This document shows positions 58,301 through 64,000 of a stretch of 64,000 nucleotides of DNA, piece by piece. The notes beneath the pieces are model-generated. The model ran no database searches, was not told the DNA's origin, and worked only from the letters and a program-made list of their open reading frames with translations. Position 1 is the first letter of the stretch. Each line of letters starts with the position of its first letter. Source of the stretch: a virus; IMG/VR virus record IMGVR_UViG_3300027917_000041, positions 1 through 64,000 of that record; one strand, written 5' to 3'. The position numbers were made by a program, and so were the translations under genes.

Positions 58301-59396
58301 GGAACAAGATGAAACTATAGGAGGGGAAGTGTGGACAGGGCTAACAGAGGTACAGTGTAGACCCGGTATACCATCATCTGTTTGTTGTACTACAACAGCG
58401 GAACAAGGTACGTTGGACATGACTGGCGACTTAGTGTATGGTACTTCTGGAAATAACAGCAATATTATTCCACTATCGAGTCGTTGGTATCCTATTTATG
58501 TATATTTAGGCTTATTTGTAAAAAGTTCAATAGACGATTCTGTAATTCATCAATTAGACACACCAAGCAATAATAGACAGGTTTGTAGGCAGACTGACGA
58601 TTTTGATGGTGGTATTTACATAATACGTGGTAATAACATGTATAAAGAAATACCGGGCTTAGGCGTAGTTTCTATATCTTCTGGTGATCCAGTATACCCA
58701 TTGGCTTATGGTTTCCAACTATTTTATCATGGTTGTGCTATGGGTACTATGAGTAACCTAAACGGGCAGACTAGAATAGAAGTACTGGATAAGAATTATA
58801 TACTTCCGGGCTTAGAACTATGTTACTTATGGGAAGATGAACGTGATGAGTTCGATGATGTAACAGGACAATATACAATTAGGGATATGGATTTCTTTGG
58901 TTTCAATACCGAGGATTCAAAACCTGAACCTGCTATTTCATGGACATTTCCACCAATGTTAGCAACCTATGAGTTTGGCGGGATAACTTACTCTGGTATA
59001 TGGCCCGAAAATATGAAAGTGCATCGTAGTATAGCAGAGTTTAAAGGTATTCCCGTATCTGGTATGTTTAATGATGGTAGAGTATTGAATTATGCTGGTA
59101 CTACTCCAAGTGGTGTAACTTTTGATTATGATACTATGGCTTTGATGGCTACTCGTACACCAGACTTAGTAATGATGCCTACAACAACCGTAAGTGGTCT
59201 AAGTCACTTTACTTCATTATCAGGTATCAACTTCTCTCTAGAAACTTCAAATTGGGGAAGTAACCCTTATATGTTTGCAGGGCTAACACAGACTGTTCAA
59301 TTTTGGCAGAAAGATGCTGGATTAGATGAGTTCGAGCAGTACCCCGGACATCCCGGTTCAGACATCCTAGTAATCAGATTAGATGATAGGGTATAA
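55308..59396 (+). CDS. hub-like N-domain fused to large tail-tip/receptor-binding region
   Basis: N-terminal ~320 aa parallels the previous gene; long beta- and Cys-rich C-terminus. Confidence 0.65.
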   Translation: MAQQTINVQIKHGSNDITNTVISYNRQGSICTGVTQLTLTLDTPHAPSINVWDVIKLYEEGVQHGKFRALDISRNERGETIVECQDESVRLTDYFITESYYIDYPSYTKTWIDKFCAEAGVTVSYTAAGSGVLVSENTSIGVASAYDVIMQMCQYTGWYFYFDNDGTMIIGDLDKNYGSTDLSVNESKILQFDQYIDDSFLRNEAHVWGNAQKDQSWVLAKAHVTTPWDRGPKDRRPILYANSNIHSISAAYSIAYKMLDEFAHLKNEKVVKLAGGYDVELGDLVHVSCRQWTGKGLVTSIQSEASNKGYITTLSIDERCPRLLGYFGFSDWVYTGHDTNGVWRKEILGSTWEDFSTGLEDLHVTDLIIKSNMFACVAGGEMYWQTGTTASWNKYTPEGFVDAEGYSYPPESFECVAVDIDTYTNHIYAIYKFTQAVEDFAGVQRTFVEQVAWGTRIAYTEVHFVYDGTAYQDIEAVDIMHYDSGEVLPTAIAPSLYALLNNPEALFGTRKTNWNIVPDANSFVFGPLANDELDGGTFDYISNNFGSHVLWDNNLGISVNKYNQFCLFNYKEYPPGDALARLSYSGNGWVLETLALPGLNNYWPTGTERLAARYMYWDGDPDPDASEFKLMDAAYTDGTLKVAVVNQATIGGLCDYKTPYLEYYNYISTEHVTASGVQVVDGTATSTGDIVFLKDQDDPVDNGAYYCSDIAVWSRVPDWIPGSGLIVQAKYGSENYHRCWQLRFYKPEDLELEVTDLNFQEVLDVRETSSDMVFDLNLANGNDSQGICVTKVHEPVFYHDRMFWVMRLHTSDDACPFGQCGYGNLDYYLATCIAGEIGKGNGSVDVKFLYRDTYQNNAASLRKMIQELEPVACGQGVAFISIKVDAETNNPLTRWYLAKTVIDSEGEFTYSEADAMIVAPYPDCQGAESTLSQVRRIKDDIAWTGYDIKGEMINPYFRATIRSRSNYYNPNCLHCGKWGSHYTETAVVLRGSIFQDWMEQDETIGGEVWTGLTEVQCRPGIPSSVCCTTTAEQGTLDMTGDLVYGTSGNNSNIIPLSSRWYPIYVYLGLFVKSSIDDSVIHQLDTPSNNRQVCRQTDDFDGGIYIIRGNNMYKEIPGLGVVSISSGDPVYPLAYGFQLFYHGCAMGTMSNLNGQTRIEVLDKNYILPGLELCYLWEDERDEFDDVTGQYTIRDMDFFGFNTEDSKPEPAISWTFPPMLATYEFGGITYSGIWPENMKVHRSIAEFKGIPVSGMFNDGRVLNYAGTTPSGVTFDYDTMALMATRTPDLVMMPTTTVSGLSHFTSLSGINFSLETSNWGSNPYMFAGLTQTVQFWQKDAGLDEFEQYPGHPGSDILVIRLDDRV

Positions 59397-59401
59397 AACA
59401 T

Positions 59402-60676
59402 ATGCAGTATGAAATCAACTCGTTCAATTATTTTGATACGTTAGTACGCTTTTTAAGAGCGCAACCTATCAACTTGGCTGGTATAGCTGCTCCTAGCGGT
59501 GGTCAAGGTGGCGGTTCTGGTTATATTGGATATCTACCACAAACTAGAGTAGCCTACGACGAAACAGAGGCGGCTACCTTAGATACAGCAGTAAGTGGTA
59601 GTCTATTAGATAACCTAAATCACATTCGTTATACTATTACTACACTTTCAGGTATCGCAGCTGGTGGTGTTATCATTGAAGAAGATGGTGTAGTTGTTGC
59701 TAGTGGTGTAACTGTAATAGACTTTATCAACGATTTTGAAGTAGTAGCTGCAACTCCTACTTCCGTAACAGTGGCACAGGTAGCAGCTTCCGGTGTAGTA
59801 GCTCTATCAGGTGTACACAATGAGGACTTATCATCACAGATCGATGGTGCTACACAGCACTTTGATCTAAATAATGTATTCCATCCCGGCTATCTACGAG
59901 TATATTACAATGGTCTAAGACAAGACGGCAACTTTACAGCAGACGGTGATTTTGGTGGTTTTACTCTAGACTTTACACCAGAAACAGGGGATGCCCTAGT
60001 AGTAGACTATGACGTAGCTACGTCTGGTGGTAGTGGTACTTACGGACACACTCACTCACAGTATGTAACACTGTCTTTCTTAGAGTCCAATTATTATACG
60101 GACGATGATGTAAATGATATTCTAGATAATAAAGCAGATAGTGTACACTCCCACGTAGAAGCAGAAATAACTGACTTGGAACACAATGCTACTGCCCTTC
60201 AAGGTGTGCCTGTATCTGGTATTATCCCTGCCGATGAATCTGTATTACAATATGACGCTGATACCTTAGTATGGTCGCCTACTTCGTTGTCGGGTGTGCT
60301 AGCAAGAACAATACACCAGCAAACAATCTTCTCTATTGAAGGTACTAATATGGCAGCTGCCGACCAAGGTGTGAAGCCTCTAAGAATGTACGTACATGAT
60401 GTAGGCTTTGATTGCCAATTAGAAGAAGTCTTTTGTGCGGTTAATACAGCCCCCGGTGCAGCTGATTTGCATATTGATATACTAAAAAATGGTTCAACTA
60501 TATTCAATGCACCGGAATATCTAACATTACCAGTAGGTAGTGGTTATGCAGCTAGAGGCGATTTTAATGATGCTCAACTAGCAAAGGATGATTATTTACA
60601 ATTCGAGTTAGTACAAGGTGATAGTACAGCGTCGGATTTGACAGTACACGTAAGATTCAAGTGGGAGGCTACATAA
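59402..60676 (+). CDS. tail fibre/minor virion protein
   Basis: L.VY.NG..Q module, H.H repeats, L.YD.....W.P, D.LKNG..IF. Confidence 0.65.
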   Translation: MQYEINSFNYFDTLVRFLRAQPINLAGIAAPSGGQGGGSGYIGYLPQTRVAYDETEAATLDTAVSGSLLDNLNHIRYTITTLSGIAAGGVIIEEDGVVVASGVTVIDFINDFEVVAATPTSVTVAQVAASGVVALSGVHNEDLSSQIDGATQHFDLNNVFHPGYLRVYYNGLRQDGNFTADGDFGGFTLDFTPETGDALVVDYDVATSGGSGTYGHTHSQYVTLSFLESNYYTDDDVNDILDNKADSVHSHVEAEITDLEHNATALQGVPVSGIIPADESVLQYDADTLVWSPTSLSGVLARTIHQQTIFSIEGTNMAAADQGVKPLRMYVHDVGFDCQLEEVFCAVNTAPGAADLHIDILKNGSTIFNAPEYLTLPVGSGYAARGDFNDAQLAKDDYLQFELVQGDSTASDLTVHVRFKWEAT

Positions 60677-61674
60677 TGGCTTGTTTATTATTAGAGAGTT
60701 TTGATACCTATGCAACGGGTAATTATACTGGAAAGTGGCAATCAATGGCTGGTACTATCGGAGCTTATGGTAGAGAAGGTACTAATGGTTTGACACATAC
60801 TACAGAATCATTTATACAAAAAACCATTAGCAATAAACAAACGCTTATTGTTGGTATTGCTATTAAATTAGATACTACTAAGGATTGGAACTTGCTTGAA
60901 TTTAGGGACGGCACTACAGTACAACTAGGCTTGTACACAGACGCATCTAACCAGATTATAATCAAAAGAGGTACTACAACATTAGAAAATACTAGCTATG
61001 CTATTCCTACAAATACTTGGATATATCTAGAATTCAAAGGCACAATTGATAACAGTGCAGGTTCTTATGAACTTAGAATTAATGGTGTTACAGAAGCTAG
61101 CGACTCGGGTATAGATACACAACAAACAGGTAATGCCTATGCTACATCAGTAGTATTTAGATTTAGTGGTATTGGTGCATCTAACCACTACCTTGATGAT
61201 ATCTATATCTTTGATGATGAAGGTTCTTTCTGCAATAACTTTGTAGGCGATGTTTACGTAGAGGCTATATTTCCAAATGCTGATGGGTATACAAATACTT
61301 GGGTAGCTTTTCCGGGCAGTGGTGATAACTATGAAGAAGTAGATGAAACCGATCCAGACAGTGATACAACATTCGTAGCTACATCCGGTGTAGGTTTTAT
61401 AGACAGCTATGCATTTAGTAACTTAGTAAGTACTAGTGGTAGTATTTATACAGTACAAGTAAATCTATGGGCTAGAAAAGATGATGCTGGAAGTAGAACA
61501 TTAAACGCCATAACACGTCCTACTACAGTGACTTATTCTGGTGCTGAACCGATAAGCTTAGGTAATACTTATCAATACAGCTTACATCACTTTGACTATA
61601 ATCCAGAAACAGCAGGTAACTGGACAATAGCACAGATCAATGCAGCTGAATTTGGTATAAAGGAAGAAGCATAA
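60676..61674 (+). CDS. virion protein with lectin-like beta-sandwich
   Basis: W.Y.E.K, INGV, Y.DD.Y, P.T...WT...IN....G. Confidence 0.6.
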   Translation: MACLLLESFDTYATGNYTGKWQSMAGTIGAYGREGTNGLTHTTESFIQKTISNKQTLIVGIAIKLDTTKDWNLLEFRDGTTVQLGLYTDASNQIIIKRGTTTLENTSYAIPTNTWIYLEFKGTIDNSAGSYELRINGVTEASDSGIDTQQTGNAYATSVVFRFSGIGASNHYLDDIYIFDDEGSFCNNFVGDVYVEAIFPNADGYTNTWVAFPGSGDNYEEVDETDPDSDTTFVATSGVGFIDSYAFSNLVSTSGSIYTVQVNLWARKDDAGSRTLNAITRPTTVTYSGAEPISLGNTYQYSLHHFDYNPETAGNWTIAQINAAEFGIKEEA

Positions 61675-61675
61675 A

Positions 61676-61891
61676 ATGACTAACATTAGGGTATCACAAG
61701 AAGCTCTTGAATACTTAATAAGTAGAAACCCTAACCTTAGAGCATCGCAGGTATCTATTGAGGCTTTGTTAGGATTACTTAATAACTCTAATCTTAGAGT
61801 TTCACAGGCTAGCTTAGAAGTGCTAATATCTGCTGTAGCTCCAACACCATCAGCAGGTAGAGTACTTGGGCCTCCTGTGCAAATGATATAA
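61676..61891 (+). CDS. small protein with three NxRxSQxxxExL repeats
   Basis: NIRVSQEALEYL / NLRASQVSIEAL / NLRVSQASLEVL. Confidence 0.6.
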   Translation: MTNIRVSQEALEYLISRNPNLRASQVSIEALLGLLNNSNLRVSQASLEVLISAVAPTPSAGRVLGPPVQMI

Positions 61892-61901
61892 GGAGGAAAA
61901 C

Positions 61902-62261
61902 ATGCTTATTTCAGGAGGAGATAATATATTTCCATATGCACAGGTTTTTGTTGTACTAGTCGTACTAACAAATATCTATTTATTGTGGAAATACAGAAAT
62001 GAAATTAAAGGTTACAGACAGGCATTAACAACACCGTTATATCACTGGTTATTCCACGTATTGCTATTCTATTTGGTTACAACACCCGTACGTTTTTATA
62101 CACACCCAAATTTGTTAGCAGATGACTTATTGACGTATTGGAGCTTAATAGTTAGATTACATGGTCAAATAGCATTAATAGCTACATTCTTAGGAATGGC
62201 TAGTAGGGAGGGTCTTACATGGAAGAACTTTTTACCCAAAGTCCTACGCTGGCGTTCATAG
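61902..62261 (+). CDS. membrane protein
   Basis: three hydrophobic segments, AGGAGG RBS. Confidence 0.65.
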   Translation: MLISGGDNIFPYAQVFVVLVVLTNIYLLWKYRNEIKGYRQALTTPLYHWLFHVLLFYLVTTPVRFYTHPNLLADDLLTYWSLIVRLHGQIALIATFLGMASREGLTWKNFLPKVLRWRS

Positions 62262-62602
62262 GGGCTGTAGTTATAGCCTTGTTAGGTGCGATACCGGGTA
62301 TTTATGCTATCTGGAATCAGCGTAATAAAACACAAGCAGAAGTAGTAAGAACTGACGCAGAAGCGGCCGAAATAATAGGGCGTGCCTATAAGCAGCTACA
62401 AGATAGCTACTTAGAAATGATAGAGGCAATACAAAGCGACTTCAAAGAATGTGCTGGCAAAATAGATAAACTTACAACTGAGATCGCAGCTTTGAAAGCA
62501 GAAAATGAAAAATTGATTTTAGAAAATGTAGCTTTGTGCGAGGAAATGAAAAAGCTAGAAATTAGAATTAACGAACTTACTCAACAGCTAATGGAGGAGT
62601 AG
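62219..62602 (+). CDS. TM + coiled-coil protein (lysis-module-like)
   Basis: N-terminal TM helix followed by heptad repeats. Confidence 0.6.
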   Translation: MEELFTQSPTLAFIGAVVIALLGAIPGIYAIWNQRNKTQAEVVRTDAEAAEIIGRAYKQLQDSYLEMIEAIQSDFKECAGKIDKLTTEIAALKAENEKLILENVALCEEMKKLEIRINELTQQLMEE

Positions 62603-62603
62603 A

Positions 62604-62786
62604 ATGCCTTACGGAGTCGATAAGAAACAAGGAGGGGATAATCCCTCAAATACAAGGTTTATGGAACGTTGCGTATCCCGCATAAAGGGAAAGAATAGCA
62701 AAACCGGACAACCCTATACCAAAGGCGAGAAGATAGCTATTTGTAAAAAAGCCTTGGAACTAAGACGTAAATCAAAGAAGAGGTAA
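62604..62786 (+). CDS. small basic protein
   Basis: GGAGG RBS; MERCV ... IAIC. Confidence 0.6.
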   Translation: MPYGVDKKQGGDNPSNTRFMERCVSRIKGKNSKTGQPYTKGEKIAICKKALELRRKSKKR

Positions 62787-62789
62787 TAA

Positions 62790-64000
62790 ATGGCAAGTAG
62801 AAAAATCTATTTAGCTAGAAATGTAGAAGATGTAGATGTATCTGGTGGCATTAATGATGGCGAGGTACTAGTTTGGGATTCAGGAGCAGGAGACTGGATA
62901 CCGTCAACCGTTAGTGGTGCTAGCGGAGCTTCTACATTTTTGGACTTAACAGACACACCTTCAGACTATGCAACTTATAGTGGTTATTTCGTTAGAGTAA
63001 ACGATACAGAGGATGCTCTTATATTCGACACGGTTTCAGCAGAAGCTAATATAGCAATCCAACAAGACGATGTTGAGGTTGTTGCTACAGTCACAGCTTT
63101 AAACTTTGAAGGGCGAGATATAGTAGACGTAGCTGATGAGGGCGGTGGAAAAGCCACAGTTACAATTTCTGGTGGTGCTACTATACTAAATGAATTAGAT
63201 GATGTTACTATACAAACTCTGGCAGCTAATCAACTACTATATTACAATACGGTCAGTGGTTGGATAAATGATCTAGTTCCAATTAGTTATTTAGACGATG
63301 TTACAATTACAGACCCACAAGATCATCAATTTCTAATGTACGATAGTGCTACAGGACAGTGGATTAATGAAGCTGTTTTAGGTGCAGATAATCTATTCCT
63401 TCATGAAGAAGCGTCCACAGTAGTAGGTGGGTATGAACAATTATTAACTACCCCATCTGATGATGCAGAAAATGTAGAGCAAATAATAATAACATCTGCT
63501 TCTGGTATACATTTAATAGATTCTTTTGTAACAGAAGATACAATAGGTAGAACTATTCTACAAGGTGGTGCTTGGCATACTGTTATGTTTGCTAAAGTAG
63601 ATAGTGCCTCTGGTTCTACTTCTAATTTGGTAATTCGTGGATATCTAAGAACTGATGGGGGCGTAGAAACACTTCTAGGTGAACTTACAACTGATGCATT
63701 GACAACTTCCATAGAAGAATACGAAAATGACTTTGTACTGTCTGATATTATATGTAATGCTGATGACCGTATAGTAATTAAAGTATACGGACAAACTACT
63801 TCTGTACCAGCTAGAACTATTAGCTTTTACTATGAAGGTAATGAGCATTACTCACATGTACATACACCACTTTCGTTTGGTACAACGCAATCATTAGCTT
63901 TGGACGACTTGACAGACGTTAATGCACCAAGCCCGAATGATGGAGATGCTCTAACTTGGGATGATGATACGAGTAAGTGGATACCAGTAGCTGTTAGTGG
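62790..64000 (+). CDS. tail fibre-like protein (partial, runs off window)
   Basis: MASRKIYLARNV...; repeated L.DV....P.D...L.(W/Y)D.....W.P units. Confidence 0.75.
   Translation, partial: MASRKIYLARNVEDVDVSGGINDGEVLVWDSGAGDWIPSTVSGASGASTFLDLTDTPSDYATYSGYFVRVNDTEDALIFDTVSAEANIAIQQDDVEVVATVTALNFEGRDIVDVADEGGGKATVTISGGATILNELDDVTIQTLAANQLLYYNTVSGWINDLVPISYLDDVTITDPQDHQFLMYDSATGQWINEAVLGADNLFLHEEASTVVGGYEQLLTTPSDDAENVEQIIITSASGIHLIDSFVTEDTIGRTILQGGAWHTVMFAKVDSASGSTSNLVIRGYLRTDGGVETLLGELTTDALTTSIEEYENDFVLSDIICNADDRIVIKVYGQTTSVPARTISFYYEGNEHYSHVHTPLSFGTTQSLALDDLTDVNAPSPNDGDALTWDDDTSKWIPVAVS

Overview
This window is part of a large tailed dsDNA phage genome (standard genetic code, siphovirus-like tail module) with two divergent arms. 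The left arm (minus strand, 166-23863) encodes nucleotide metabolism and replication: class II ribonucleotide reductase with an HNH-type intein, three DNA methyltransferases, dUTPase, nucleotidase, dNMP kinase, primase, DnaB, SSB, RecA, PolA, RNase H, resolvase, a Cas4-like nuclease and a sortase-type (LPKTG) surface protein. At 23911-26740 a minus-strand RNA array holds 28 tRNA genes covering all 20 amino acids; 27 of them encode 3'-CC followed by U instead of CCA. Inside this array is the standout feature: a ~185-nt miniature RNase P RNA (24590-24774) with an intact catalytic domain but essentially no specificity domain and no P18. The array also contains three further small structured RNAs and a 50-codon ORF. 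The right arm (plus strand) has small early genes, a sugar biosynthesis/modification/glycosyltransferase cluster placed directly before the terminase, then portal, scaffold, capsid, neck, tail tube, frameshifted tail chaperones, tape measure, hub and fibre genes. Several virion proteins appear rich in a small-residue-x-Ser-Gly motif, a candidate glycosylation sequon. All protein calls are motif-based by eye and RNA folds were derived by hand; no database search was run.
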